Assembly: GCA_036568825.1 (NCBI GenBank)
Contig: DATCRU010000071.1
Location: 25,383-89,382, forward strand
From: Mucilaginibacter sp.
Lineage (GTDB): Bacteria; Bacteroidota; Bacteroidia; Sphingobacteriales; Sphingobacteriaceae
DNA length: 64,000 nt
Direction of reading: 5' to 3'
Part shown: in pieces, positions 28,202 through 38,818 of the stretch
How positions within the stretch are numbered: position 1 is the first letter of the stretch
Layout: every line of letters begins with the position of its first letter
Position numbers and translations under genes: made by a program
The notes under the pieces: generated by a model
Database searches by the model: none
Told to the model about the DNA's origin: nothing
What the model saw: only the letters and a program-made list of their open reading frames with translations

Positions 28202-30787
28202 ATGTCCTCACCTATAAAACTCAGCCACAGAGAAACAACTTTTAATCAGGAAGTTGTCACCAGATTTGAGTTGTATAACAGTCTGTTCCAGACGTTACCT
28301 TTTTACCAGGTGAAGGACACGGGTATATTACTTCCGTTTTTTAGTTCGCATTGCGAAAAGGGCACGGCTTCCTGTTCATCCCCAACCGAAATTATCGAAT
28401 CCTTTTTTAAAAAATATGTTCCAGGCATTGATCACCAGGAACAGATCAATCGCATGTTCCGGTTTATTCAGTACATCGAGCGACAGGTGGTATTGTTCGA
28501 TGCCGTTGAGGATTCTTCGTTTAATAAGATCGGCCGAACGGATGACAGCGGCTCATTGGCCAGTCTCTTGCAATTGGCTGCTCAAAACGACAAAACAAGA
28601 GACGAGATCAGCCAAAAACTGAAGAATTTTTCTTTACGACTTGTACTTACTGCACACCCGACACAATTTTATCCGGGTACGGTATTAGGTATAATGACCG
28701 ACCTGATCGAAGCCTTGAAGCATAACGATTTGAATAATATTGATGTACTGCTTCAGCAATTAGGTAAAACGCCATTCTTTAATAAAACTTCACCAACTCC
28801 TGTTGACGAGGCGACCAGTTTGGTTTGGTTCTTGGAAAACACCTTTTACCATGCTATTTCGAGCATTGTATCAAAATTAGAGGAAGAGTTTAATATCGAT
28901 CATACTGGAGCCCACCAGGTCTTAGAACTTGGTTTCTGGCCAGGCGGCGACCGTGATGGTAACCCAAATGTAACTACTGAAACTACAGCTTCGGTAGCCA
29001 ACTTATTAAGACAGTTTGTGTTCCGCAGCTATTACCGCGATTTCAGAATACTGAAACGCCGCATCACTTTCAGAGGCATTGAAAAAACGATATCAAGACT
29101 CGAGAAGCTGCTTTATCAAAATGCGTTTAACGTTCAGACTAATCCAAAAGATTTGCAAGGCGAATTGCTATCGCTATTAGATTCAATTAAACAAACGCTG
29201 ATAACCGATCATGGTGGGCTTTTTGTAAATATCGTGGATGGCATGCTGCAGAAAGTTCGCTTGTTCGGTTGTTATTTCGCGACCCTGGATATCAGGCAGG
29301 ACAGCCGTGTTTTGCGCAACGTATTTAAATATTGTATCGAGCAATCCCAGATCAAATCAGGCCTGACTAAGGAATATGAAAACTTAAACGAAGAAGAAAA
29401 GCTAAAAGCTATTCCTTTTAATGAAGCTGATTTTCATTGCCCTGATGATGCCGATGACATGACAAAGGACACGCTGAACACTATCCGTCTTGTTCAGCAG
29501 ATACAGGAATCAAACGGGCAGAAGGCTTGTCAACGGTTTATAATCAGCAACTGCCAGCGTTCTTCGGATATTTTACAACTGATGAACCTGTTCCTGTGGA
29601 GTGGCTGGAGAAAAGATACATTGAGCGTTGACTTTATGCCGCTATTTGAAACGGTGAACGATCTGACCCATGCTGCGGGTGTAATGGAAAGCTTGTATGT
29701 TCATCCTTTCTATAAAGAACACCTAAAACGTCGGGGTAACCGTCAGACAATTATGCTCGGTTTCTCAGATAGTACCAAAGATGGCGGTTATCTAATGGCA
29801 AATTGGTCAATCTACAAAGCAAAGGTCGAGCTGACTGCAATGGCACGTAAATACGGTATTGATCTGGCATTTTTTGACGGGCGTGGAGGCCCACCGGCTC
29901 GCGGTGGTGGCAAAACACATCGTTTTTATGCCTCAATGGGCAGCGAGATCGCCAATGAACATATCCAATTGACTGTACAAGGTCAAACTGTAAGTTCTCA
30001 ATACGGTTCCGCCGAAACTGCACGTTTCAATATGGAGCAATTGATCAATGCGGGCATCGTTTCCTCGTTAAAACCAAATGAAAATGATTTGCTGAATATG
30101 GAAAGCAAAGCATTGATATCCGAAATGGCTGATGCAAGCTATAACCTGTTTATGGATTTGAGACAGCATCCGTTGTTTGTGGAGTATCTGGAAAAATACA
30201 GCCCTCTGAAATTATTATCGAAAATCAATATAAGTAGCAGGCCAACCAAACGTAATGCCGATTCACAATTAAGATTGGAAGATTTGCGTGCCATCAGTTT
30301 TGTAACTTCATGGAGCCAGCTGAAACAAAATATTCCCGGTTTTTATGGGGTAGGGACCGCATTGAAAAAAATGAAAGAGGATGGTAAATGGGACGAAGTA
30401 AAACAACTCTACCATAATTCCGGATTCTTTAAAACCATGCTGGACAATTGCAGTATGTCGATGTCTAAATCAGACTTCCGTGTGACTGCTTATTTGGGAG
30501 AAGACAAGAAATTCGCCGCTTTCTGGAAAATGCTGAAAGATGAATTCGAGCTCACTAAAACCATGATATTGGAACTAACCGACACGGATACTTTGATGCA
30601 GGAATATCCTGTTGAAAAGAAGTCAATTTCTGTGCGCGAAAAGATTGTGCTGCCTCTCGTTATCATACAGCATTATGCGTTGCAATGCCTTAATCGGAAC
30701 GAGCATCCTGAACTGAACGACGTTTACAACAAGCTTGTCATCCGTACGGTATATGGTATTGTGAATGCGGGGAGGAATTTGGCGTAG
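28202..30787 (+). CDS. ppc: Phosphoenolpyruvate carboxylase
   Basis: 861 aa with the LTAHPTQ and FDGRGGPPARGGG signatures and a C-terminal ..NAGRNLA. Confidence 0.92.
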   Translation: MSSPIKLSHRETTFNQEVVTRFELYNSLFQTLPFYQVKDTGILLPFFSSHCEKGTASCSSPTEIIESFFKKYVPGIDHQEQINRMFRFIQYIERQVVLFDAVEDSSFNKIGRTDDSGSLASLLQLAAQNDKTRDEISQKLKNFSLRLVLTAHPTQFYPGTVLGIMTDLIEALKHNDLNNIDVLLQQLGKTPFFNKTSPTPVDEATSLVWFLENTFYHAISSIVSKLEEEFNIDHTGAHQVLELGFWPGGDRDGNPNVTTETTASVANLLRQFVFRSYYRDFRILKRRITFRGIEKTISRLEKLLYQNAFNVQTNPKDLQGELLSLLDSIKQTLITDHGGLFVNIVDGMLQKVRLFGCYFATLDIRQDSRVLRNVFKYCIEQSQIKSGLTKEYENLNEEEKLKAIPFNEADFHCPDDADDMTKDTLNTIRLVQQIQESNGQKACQRFIISNCQRSSDILQLMNLFLWSGWRKDTLSVDFMPLFETVNDLTHAAGVMESLYVHPFYKEHLKRRGNRQTIMLGFSDSTKDGGYLMANWSIYKAKVELTAMARKYGIDLAFFDGRGGPPARGGGKTHRFYASMGSEIANEHIQLTVQGQTVSSQYGSAETARFNMEQLINAGIVSSLKPNENDLLNMESKALISEMADASYNLFMDLRQHPLFVEYLEKYSPLKLLSKINISSRPTKRNADSQLRLEDLRAISFVTSWSQLKQNIPGFYGVGTALKKMKEDGKWDEVKQLYHNSGFFKTMLDNCSMSMSKSDFRVTAYLGEDKKFAAFWKMLKDEFELTKTMILELTDTDTLMQEYPVEKKSISVREKIVLPLVIIQHYALQCLNRNEHPELNDVYNKLVIRTVYGIVNAGRNLA

Positions 30788-30788
30788 G

Positions 30789-30897
30789 TTGTCAGAACCA
30801 GAATTTCTCGAATTGATGAATACACAGAATTTAAAGCGGAAGTTTGAATTTTAGAATTCTGTTAATTCTAAAATTCCATAAATTCGGGTTCTGACAA
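30789..30897. repeat. Long inverted repeat (18-bp arms TTGTCAGAACC[A/C]GAATTT) enclosing AT-rich sub-palindromes
   Basis: The left arm (30789-30806) and right arm (30880-97) are complementary at 17 of 18 positions. A related half-site, ttgtctgaacctgaatttt, lies at 35762-35780. Confidence 0.75.
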
Positions 30898-30903
30898 TAA
30901 CAC

Positions 30904-32445
30904 ATGGCAACGGTCGCACTAAAAAGCGCTGAAGGTAAATGGATCATGGTTTCGGCCATACTGGCTTCAGCTATGGCATTTATTGATGCCACTGCACTGA
31001 ATGTTGTTTTACCTGCTCTTCAAAAAAGCCTGAATGCCACTGGTGCCGACCTTTTCTGGCTGCTGAATGCTTATCTGCTAATGTTGGCGTCATTAATCCT
31101 TGTCGGCGGTTCATTGGGCGACAAGCTCGGCCGTAAAAAGGTATTTATGCTGGGGATATTTGTCTTTATCCTTGGCTCAGCAGCCTGTGGTTTCGCACCG
31201 ACTGTGTTCCTCCTCATTATATTCAGAATTATACAAGGTATCGGGGGAGCTTTAATGATTCCAGGCAGCTTGTCATTGATCTCATCATCTATAAATGAAA
31301 ACGAAAGGGGTAAGGCCATTGGTACCTGGTCGGCTATAACTACTGTTGTGACCATGGGTGGCCCGATTCTAGGCGGAGCATTGGCAGATGCAGGTCTTTG
31401 GCGTTATATATTCTTCATTAATGTCCCAATCGGCATCGTTGCATTGGTCATTTTAGTGTTCAAAGTAAAAGAAAGCAGGAACGAGGATGCTGATAAAGCA
31501 GTTGATGTCGCAGGTGCAATTTCCATTGCTTTAAGCTTAGCTCTCATCACGTTTGGCTTTTTACGGATACCGGCATTGGGTTTTAAATCGCCACAGGTGT
31601 ATCTGACATTGTTAGGGGGAATTATTCTGCTCATCGTTTTTCTTGTTATCGAAAAGAAAAGCAAGCACCCGATGATGCCTTTGTATTTATTTTCAAATCC
31701 GGTCTTTACCGGCGTAAACCTATTGACCTTCTTTCTTTACGCCGGTTTAGGAGCGGGGATGCTTTTCCTGTCACTCAACCTGGTGCAGGTGCAGGGTTAT
31801 AGTCAGCTGCAATCCGGCTTGACCTTTTTGCCATTTACTGTTTTGATGATAACAATTGCCCGTTTTGCAGGCTCGTTGGCTGACAAATATGGACCTCGTT
31901 TACTCCTGATCATCGGACCGGCTACAGCAGGTGCAGGATTACTGATTTTATCGTTCGTCAAACAAACCGCCGGCCCCTCTGATTACTGGACAACTTTCTT
32001 TCCAGGGGTTATCGTGTTCGGCCTGGGGATGTCTTTTACAGTTGCTCCGTTAACAGCAACAATAATGACGTCGGTTAGCGATCACCTGTCAGGTACGGCT
32101 TCCGGAGTAAATAACGCACTCACACGTATAGCCAATGTTTTTGCGAATGCTATTTTCGGAGCGCTGGCCGTGTTATTGTTCGCTGGAGCATTACAGGATA
32201 AGCTTCAACCAATTCCTCTTGATGCAAAGGATAAACAAGCTGTTGTAAAAGAGGCTGCAAACCTGGGTAATGCCAAAGTGCCGAAGGAAGTCGATTCAAA
32301 ATACAGAAAAACAATAAGCACCGGTTATCGGGATAGCTTCATCCATGCTTATAGCGGTATCATGAAAATATCTGCAGGCCTTGGCTTTCTGGGTGCACTT
32401 ATGACTGTGATCTTTATCCGGAATAAAACTTTAAAGAAAGAATAA
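30904..32445 (+). CDS. MFS transporter, DHA2 (EmrB/QacA-like, 14-TMS) family
   Basis: 513 aa with about 14 hydrophobic segments and MFS motif A-like GDKLGRKKV. Confidence 0.85.
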   Translation: MATVALKSAEGKWIMVSAILASAMAFIDATALNVVLPALQKSLNATGADLFWLLNAYLLMLASLILVGGSLGDKLGRKKVFMLGIFVFILGSAACGFAPTVFLLIIFRIIQGIGGALMIPGSLSLISSSINENERGKAIGTWSAITTVVTMGGPILGGALADAGLWRYIFFINVPIGIVALVILVFKVKESRNEDADKAVDVAGAISIALSLALITFGFLRIPALGFKSPQVYLTLLGGIILLIVFLVIEKKSKHPMMPLYLFSNPVFTGVNLLTFFLYAGLGAGMLFLSLNLVQVQGYSQLQSGLTFLPFTVLMITIARFAGSLADKYGPRLLLIIGPATAGAGLLILSFVKQTAGPSDYWTTFFPGVIVFGLGMSFTVAPLTATIMTSVSDHLSGTASGVNNALTRIANVFANAIFGALAVLLFAGALQDKLQPIPLDAKDKQAVVKEAANLGNAKVPKEVDSKYRKTISTGYRDSFIHAYSGIMKISAGLGFLGALMTVIFIRNKTLKKE

Positions 32446-32532
32446 TTCTTTATCACTATAACTATTTACCGATTAGGTAAACCTTTTACCATTCCTGTTG
32501 TTTTTTCGACATAAATACCTAAAAACTCAGCT

Positions 32533-33066
32533 ATGAAAACCAAATTTTTGCTGGCATTGCTTGTGCCGGCTTTCTATGTAGTATCATCATGCGATGACCC
32601 CAAGAAAGCAAATAATTTTAACCAGGAAACTACAGTAAATCAAAGCAGCCTTGACTTTATCAATACAGCAATAGATGGCGGTCGTACCGAGGTTAAATTA
32701 GCAAACGTGGCCACTCATGTATCTCAAAATCCCCGGATATTGCACTTTGCAAAAATGATGATCACCGATCATACAAAGGGAATTGAAGATTTAAAAGTGC
32801 TCAGGAAAAAAGAATTGATCAATCAGCATGATGTCCTTAGCCCCGAACATAGAAAACTGATCGATAGCCTGTCTAAACTTTCAGGAACTGAGTTCGACAA
32901 AGCCTACATGAAGACAATGGTAGCCGATCATGAAAAGACTGTTGATCTTTTCAGGGAAGAAACCCAGGAAAGAGAACCCTCCGTGCAGGTACTTGCACGA
33001 AAAATTCTTCCAACCATTGAAATGCATTTTGATTCGGCAAAGGCTATTGCGGCTACATTAAGATAA
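32533..33066 (+). CDS. DUF4142-domain lipoprotein
   Basis: Lipobox ..VVSSC, and two DUF4142-like helical repeats (..MITDHTK.., FDKAYMKTMVADHEKTV). Confidence 0.75.
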   Translation: MKTKFLLALLVPAFYVVSSCDDPKKANNFNQETTVNQSSLDFINTAIDGGRTEVKLANVATHVSQNPRILHFAKMMITDHTKGIEDLKVLRKKELINQHDVLSPEHRKLIDSLSKLSGTEFDKAYMKTMVADHEKTVDLFREETQEREPSVQVLARKILPTIEMHFDSAKAIAATLR

Positions 33067-33242
33067 GTTGAATGGTTGATTGTGTTGATTAAGTTTATTG
33101 GTTGTGATTTATATTTAGTTGATAATCAATTAATTTTGTCAACAATAAAAGTTTTACTTAAGGTGCTGTTTTCATTTACACTATTCGGATGTGGCTGCAG
33201 GCTCAATAAGAAATGTAATCAGGAAAATTGTAATAAGGTTTA

Positions 33243-33557
33243 TTATTTTGATTTTTTACCGTTCTTTTTCATTGCCATATCTTCATCTTTAAGAAGGATA
33301 TTAAAGACATCCATATTGATGAATTCCAGCGGAGGGGCTTTTTTATATTCTTTTTCTACCTGCGTGATCACTTCACAAATTTTATACAGTACCTCTGAAT
33401 CCAGACGGGAATTATTATCCAGTTGCTCACAGTCTTCAATACCTAAAGTCTTAAGTAAGAAATAATCCAGCTCATGATATCTGACACCATAGATCAGCTT
33501 GGTATTGAATGGCTTAATAATATGACTGACGGAAAAAAATAAAGGCGGGTCTTTCAT
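33243..33557 (-). CDS. Hypothetical protein (orphan, AT-rich)
   Basis: 104-aa soluble-looking ORF that overlaps a less plausible Cys/Phe-rich plus-strand ORF. I recognise no family. Confidence 0.4.
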   Translation of the reverse strand: MKDPPLFFSVSHIIKPFNTKLIYGVRYHELDYFLLKTLGIEDCEQLDNNSRLDSEVLYKICEVITQVEKEYKKAPPLEFINMDVFNILLKDEDMAMKKNGKKSK

Positions 33558-33940
33558 AATTTAATGCTTTAATAATGAAAGGGCCTAATGAACAGTAGAA
33601 ATCAGAGGAATGATTTGTAACTTTTAGTTAAATATACGAACATTTATTTAATATAGGGTTAACAAAATCGAAAATTAAAATTTCTCTGTTAATCAAGATA
33701 AGTAAGTATCTTTATATAGAAAATGAAGAAAGACTACACCATATTCTATTACCTGGTAAGATGCAATCTCGGCACGTGGGTATTGATACTGGTGCACCTG
33801 TTTATTTTGGTTGTCTTGATCTCGACATTTTCCTTTCTTATTGGAAAGATACAAGGGTTTTGATGAAAAATTCTAAACCCTAATTTCTAAATCCTAATTT
33901 TAAACTTTTAAATCCGAAATCGTAAATCCGAATTCCGAAA

Positions 33941-35167
33941 TTAAAATAGTTTCAACTGCATTTCCACAGGTGGCTTTGCTTTTCCAAACACCGTCCGTCC
34001 GCCATAACGCCAGGAATCCTTTCGTTCCTGGTCTATTACTTTATCGAAATTGGCGTTGGGTAAAAAATCTTTTTCAGCGTTCTCAGCTATTTTGGAAAGG
34101 CGTTTGATAGCTTCGCTTTTTTCGGTTTGACCAAGTTTGGCTTTATAAATAGCTGTTTGCAATACGCCCAAGGTTTCATCATAAACTTTTGTGGGAACAG
34201 GGAAGGGGTGACCATCCTTGCCACCATGCGCAAAAGAAAAACGGGCAGGGTCTTTAAACCGTGATGGTGTGCCATGAATCACTTCACTTACTAGTGCCAA
34301 AGATTGTAATGTCCGAGGCCCCAAACCTTCCAGTAAAAGCAGATCTTCAAAGTCAGAAGGCCTTTTCTCTTGTGCAAGCCAAAGTACTGCACCCAGGCGT
34401 TTTAAGTCAACATCTTTTGCCCGAACATCATGATGAGATGGCATCACTAGTTTATTGATCTCGCTCAGCATTTTATCTGGTTTTTCTGCAGCAATTTGCA
34501 TCACACCACTGCGCGAATCTGATGCTTGTTTATCAGCCATATTTAATATATAGCCATTGTTTTGACCATAAATGAAAGTATGCGGATCATCCACAAAAGA
34601 GCTCAGCGTTTCTGAATGCCAGTGATATCTGCGTGCTGTTTTGCTTTGTGCGCTCATGCCTTGTTGCACGACGGCCCATTTACCTTCATTGTTCAGAATA
34701 AAATTATGGGTATAAAGCTGGAAACCGTCCTGTATAGCTGTGTTATCTACCTTGGCGCTTAATTTACTGCATTTTACCAGGTGATTGCCGTCGAGGCCTG
34801 TTTTTTCACTGATCTTTAATAATTCATTTGGCGTTTCGCGTGAATGATTGCCTTTGCCGCCGCAAATGTAAATTCCCAACTCGCGGCTATGTGGATTGAT
34901 AGCCCGCTTTAGAGCACCCATTACCGAGGTAGTAATCCCTGATGAATGCCAGTCCATACCCATTACCGCACCCAAGCTCTGGAACCAGAATGGATCGCTG
35001 ATACGCGTTAATACCTCATTCTTCCCATAATCCATCACAATTGTTTCCACCACAGCCAGACCCAGCTTTGCCATACGTTCGGCCAGCCACCTGGGCACAT
35101 AGCCATAATGCAAAGGCAGGTCAGCACTTCCCGATCGCTTCATGCTAACAAATTTAGTAAAATACAA
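33941..35167 (-). CDS. DUF763-domain protein
   Basis: About 400 aa with an N-terminus (MKRSGSADLPLHYGYVPRWLAERM) typical of DUF763. The true start is probably the Met at 35143. Confidence 0.75.
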   Translation of the reverse strand: MYFTKFVSMKRSGSADLPLHYGYVPRWLAERMAKLGLAVVETIVMDYGKNEVLTRISDPFWFQSLGAVMGMDWHSSGITTSVMGALKRAINPHSRELGIYICGGKGNHSRETPNELLKISEKTGLDGNHLVKCSKLSAKVDNTAIQDGFQLYTHNFILNNEGKWAVVQQGMSAQSKTARRYHWHSETLSSFVDDPHTFIYGQNNGYILNMADKQASDSRSGVMQIAAEKPDKMLSEINKLVMPSHHDVRAKDVDLKRLGAVLWLAQEKRPSDFEDLLLLEGLGPRTLQSLALVSEVIHGTPSRFKDPARFSFAHGGKDGHPFPVPTKVYDETLGVLQTAIYKAKLGQTEKSEAIKRLSKIAENAEKDFLPNANFDKVIDQERKDSWRYGGRTVFGKAKPPVEMQLKLF

Positions 35168-35186
35168 TCAGAACAACAAGCACTTA

Positions 35187-35723
35187 TTAAATATCTTTTG
35201 CCAAAGGGAAATCGATAGGTATTTGCATCAGGCGGAAAGCATAGTTTGTGAAACTCATCACATTGATTAGCACCAAGAGATCGATAATAGCAGCTTCCTG
35301 GTAACCTAAGGTATAAAACTCATCAAGCAGATCATCGTTCACCTGTCCTTTGTCATCAATTACTGATTTGATAACACGATAGATCACCTGCCATTTTTGA
35401 TCAGGATAAGTGCCTGCACGCAATGAAAGCGTTTCATCTTCAGTCCAACCATTTTTGATGGCTGATTGCGTATGCGAGGCCAGGCAATATTCGCAACCGT
35501 TTAATTGTGATACGATGAGGTAAACCCCTTCGCGTTCTTTAGCGTGGAAGGTTCCGCGTGCCTGCTCATTTACATAAGTCAGGTAGGAGTTGAGCGCATT
35601 GGCCGAATAACCAATGGTAGCATACAGATTGGGCATTTTGCCCATGATCTTGATAAAACGGTCGAATGCAGGTTTGGCGTTGTCGGCCACCTGGTCATAG
35701 GTGGGTACGGTGAATGATTTCAT
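35187..35723 (-). CDS. Carboxymuconolactone decarboxylase / AhpD-like family protein
   Basis: 178 aa with the CxxC-type motif CEYCLASH characteristic of AhpD-like peroxidase folds. Confidence 0.8.
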   Translation of the reverse strand: MKSFTVPTYDQVADNAKPAFDRFIKIMGKMPNLYATIGYSANALNSYLTYVNEQARGTFHAKEREGVYLIVSQLNGCEYCLASHTQSAIKNGWTEDETLSLRAGTYPDQKWQVIYRVIKSVIDDKGQVNDDLLDEFYTLGYQEAAIIDLLVLINVMSFTNYAFRLMQIPIDFPLAKDI

Positions 35724-36031
35724 GGTGATGTGGATTAGGGTAGTAAAATTAGAAAGATTAATTGTCTGAACCTGAATTTTCCGAATTTAAGAATTAACAG
35801 AATTGGGGTAATTCCAAATTCGATATTTTCTCGTATCGGGGAATAAACTAATTCAAGGTCCCTGATCTGTATAGTATAGAGATGGCTTCGTTCCTCGCCA
35901 TGACGAGGTGGGTATTTTATCGTTTCTGACTAACTACCCATCGGTATTCATGCGCTATTCATCTATTAAATTTTGGATATATCAATTATATAACTACATT
36001 TAGTTGTGTCATAAGTACACAATAGCCAATT

Positions 36032-36140
36032 TTAGTTGATTAGGTTGATTGAGTGAGTGGTTGATTATGTTAAAATGCATAGTCGACTAAATAACTTAAT
36101 CCAACTCAATCAACTTAATCTAACTTAATCAACCATTCAC
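36032..36140. repeat. Imperfect long palindrome built from GTTGATT / AATCAAC words (GTGAATGGTTGATT family)
   Basis: The left half is ttagttgattaggttgattgagtgagtggttgatt. The right half is its approximate reverse complement, ..aatccaactcaatcaacttaatctaacttaatcaaccattcac. Lies immediately upstream of the GH3 start. Confidence 0.7.
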
Positions 36141-36146
36141 TAAAAA

Positions 36147-38732
36147 ATGAAGAGAAGCATTACCCGTCCTGCAATTTATTTTGTCAGTTCGTTGTCGCTG
36201 CTTGCGTTTGCGGCAACTATTATCAGCAGTACCAATAACGGTTCGCAGTGGACAAGCATTGATGACGGCGATGGCATCGTGCTGGTAAAGAACCAAAACG
36301 GCCCGACATTGGGTTATTCGTCCAAATCAGGCATAAAAATTCTGACTGTTGATGGCCTGGCTTTTAAGGACCTGAACAAAAACGGCAAGCTGGATAAATA
36401 TGAAGACTGGCGTTTGCCGGTTGAGGAAAGGGCTAAAGACCTGGCCTCGCAAATGTCGCTGGAGCAAATAGCCGGCCTGATGCTTTACAGTGCGCACCAG
36501 GCTATACCGGCAATGAGCGGCGGCCCATTTGCAGGCGGTACTTACAACGGTAAAAAATTTAGTGAAGGTGGAATAGATGCTGCTGAAGTAACCGACCAGC
36601 AAAAGAGCTTTTTATTGAAAGACAACCTGCGCCACGTGCTGATCACATCGGTACAAAGTCCTGAAATAGCTGCACGGTGGAATAACAATGTGCAAGCATT
36701 GGTAGAGGGTGCAGGACTGGGTATCCCGGCAAATAACAGCTCTGATCCTCGTCATGGCACTTCGTCAGGTGTTGAGTATACCGCAGGAGCAGGAGGCAAA
36801 ATATCGCAATGGCCCGATCAATTGGGCTTGGCTGCAACCTTTGATCCGGGTGTTGTAAAGGAATTCGGGCACATTGCTTCGCAGGAATATCGTGCGTTGG
36901 GTATTGCTACGGCCTTATCACCACAAATCGATTTGGGTTCTGAACCACGCTGGGCGCGTATTAATGGCACTTTTGGTGAAGACCCGCAATTGGATGCCGA
37001 TATGGCGCGTGCTTATGTGGATGGCTTCCAAACCTCAACAGGCGAGAGCGAGATAAAAGATGGCTGGGGCTATCACAGCGTAAATGCGATGATGAAACAC
37101 TGGCCGGGCGGCGGTCCGGAAGAGGCCGGAAGGGATGCTCACTTTGCTTACGGTAAGTTCGCTGTGTATCCTGGGAATAATTTTGACGAACATCTTATAT
37201 CCTTTGTGGATGGTGCTCTTAAACTGAATGGCAAAACCAAAATGGCAGCGGCTGTGATGCCTTATTATACCATCTCCTATGGTCGTGATACTAAGAACAA
37301 GGAAAATGAAGGCAACAGCTATAATAAATACCTGATCACTGATCTTCTGAGAGAGAAATATCACTACAATGGCGTGGTTTGTACCGACTGGGGTGTAACT
37401 GCTGACGAAGGTAAAACGCCGGACATTTTTGCAGGTAAATCGTGGGGGATGGAAACCAAAACTGTTGCCGAAAGGCATTATAAAATCCTGATGGCAGGTG
37501 TAGACCAGTTTGGCGGTAACAATGACTCGGCACCAGTAATAGAAGCTTATCAAATGGGCGTGAAGGAACACGGTGAAGCATTTATGCGTGCACGTTTTGA
37601 GAAAAGCGCTCAGCGACTATTAACTAACATCTTCCGTACAGGCTTGTTTGAAAATCCTTACCTGAATGTATCTAACTCAAAGGAAACTGTAGGCAAACCG
37701 GAGTTTATGACCGCAGGATACAATGCTCAGTTGAAGTCAATCATTTTGCTGAAAAATAACAATCACGTATTGCCATTGAAAAAGGGCATTGCCGTTTATC
37801 TACCTAAAAAATATACACCTTCGATGCAGGGCTTTTTCGGACCACCGTCAAAAGAGCATTGGGATGATGCCGTTAAGCCGGAGCTGTTCGCCAAATACTT
37901 TAATTATACCGATGATCCTGCTAAAGCTGATTGTGCAGTGGTATTTGTGAGCAGTCCATATGGTGGTGCCGGATATGATAAGGAAGATGTAGCTAAAGGC
38001 GGTAACGGATATGTGCCCATCTCTTTGCAATATGGGGAATACACTGCAACATATGCAAGAGCGCACAGTATTGCTGCTGGCGATCCCGTTGAACCGGGAA
38101 TCGACAACCGTACATATAAAGGCAAAACCGTTACCGCAGGAAACTATAACGATCTAAAAACTATTCGTGAAACCAAAGCAGCGATGAAAGGCAAGCCGGT
38201 AGTGGTCGTGTTAACAATGACCAAACCAGTCGTTCCGGCTGAATTTGAGAAGGATGCTAATGCGATAGTGGCTGACTTCGGTGTGCAAAATCAAGCTATA
38301 CTGGATATTTTAAGCGGTGCAGTTGAACCATCAGGACTATTGCCATTCCAGATGCCTGCGAATATGAAAACAGTTGAGCTACAGGATGAGGATATTCCGC
38401 ATGACATGGTTTGCTATAAAGATGCTGATGGCCATACTTATGATTTTGGTTTTGGTATGAACTGGAAAGGCGTTATTCGTGATGCACGTACTGCTAAATA
38501 TGTGGGTATAGTTAAAAAACCAGTAGTAAGCAGTAGCAATGGCATGGTCAGCATTACTTGTGCGACTGCCGATGCAAAAATCTATTACACAACGGATGAG
38601 GTTACGCCGGCATTTGTTGAAGGGAACGAGTATACAAAACCATTTAAAGCCAAAAAGGGGGCTGTTGTGAAAGCTATTGCTAAGATTTATGGTAAGGATA
38701 ATAGTAGTATGGTAGAGGAGGTTGTGAAGTAG
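36147..38732 (+). CDS. Glycoside hydrolase family 3 (beta-glucosidase/xylosidase-like), secreted
   Basis: 861 aa with a signal peptide, a GH3 N-terminal barrel, an alpha/beta sandwich (nucleophile context VVCTDWGV) and a C-terminal beta-sandwich extension. Confidence 0.85.
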   Translation: MKRSITRPAIYFVSSLSLLAFAATIISSTNNGSQWTSIDDGDGIVLVKNQNGPTLGYSSKSGIKILTVDGLAFKDLNKNGKLDKYEDWRLPVEERAKDLASQMSLEQIAGLMLYSAHQAIPAMSGGPFAGGTYNGKKFSEGGIDAAEVTDQQKSFLLKDNLRHVLITSVQSPEIAARWNNNVQALVEGAGLGIPANNSSDPRHGTSSGVEYTAGAGGKISQWPDQLGLAATFDPGVVKEFGHIASQEYRALGIATALSPQIDLGSEPRWARINGTFGEDPQLDADMARAYVDGFQTSTGESEIKDGWGYHSVNAMMKHWPGGGPEEAGRDAHFAYGKFAVYPGNNFDEHLISFVDGALKLNGKTKMAAAVMPYYTISYGRDTKNKENEGNSYNKYLITDLLREKYHYNGVVCTDWGVTADEGKTPDIFAGKSWGMETKTVAERHYKILMAGVDQFGGNNDSAPVIEAYQMGVKEHGEAFMRARFEKSAQRLLTNIFRTGLFENPYLNVSNSKETVGKPEFMTAGYNAQLKSIILLKNNNHVLPLKKGIAVYLPKKYTPSMQGFFGPPSKEHWDDAVKPELFAKYFNYTDDPAKADCAVVFVSSPYGGAGYDKEDVAKGGNGYVPISLQYGEYTATYARAHSIAAGDPVEPGIDNRTYKGKTVTAGNYNDLKTIRETKAAMKGKPVVVVLTMTKPVVPAEFEKDANAIVADFGVQNQAILDILSGAVEPSGLLPFQMPANMKTVELQDEDIPHDMVCYKDADGHTYDFGFGMNWKGVIRDARTAKYVGIVKKPVVSSSNGMVSITCATADAKIYYTTDEVTPAFVEGNEYTKPFKAKKGAVVKAIAKIYGKDNSSMVEEVVK

Positions 38733-38759
38733 AACAAATAAAATGCTGGTAGAAGGACG

Positions 38760-38810
38760 CGTGTAGAGGTGCCCTCCGCACCATGCTTCGAGTGCCTCAG
38801 CATGACACCC
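38760..38810. repeat. GC-rich palindromic element, same family as 9781-9860 (opposite orientation)
   Basis: The reverse complement reads ..tgtcatgctgaggcactcgaagcatggtgcggagggcacc.. and shares TGTCATGCTGAG and GCGGAGGGC with the 9.8-kb copy. Confidence 0.55.
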
Positions 38811-38818
38811 TGTTTTTA

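Noticed and set aside
33076-33465. 129-aa plus-strand ORF as a gene
   Set aside because: It is a Cys/Phe/Leu-rich translation of AT-rich DNA and overlaps a more protein-like minus-strand ORF. It has no start context or recognisable family.
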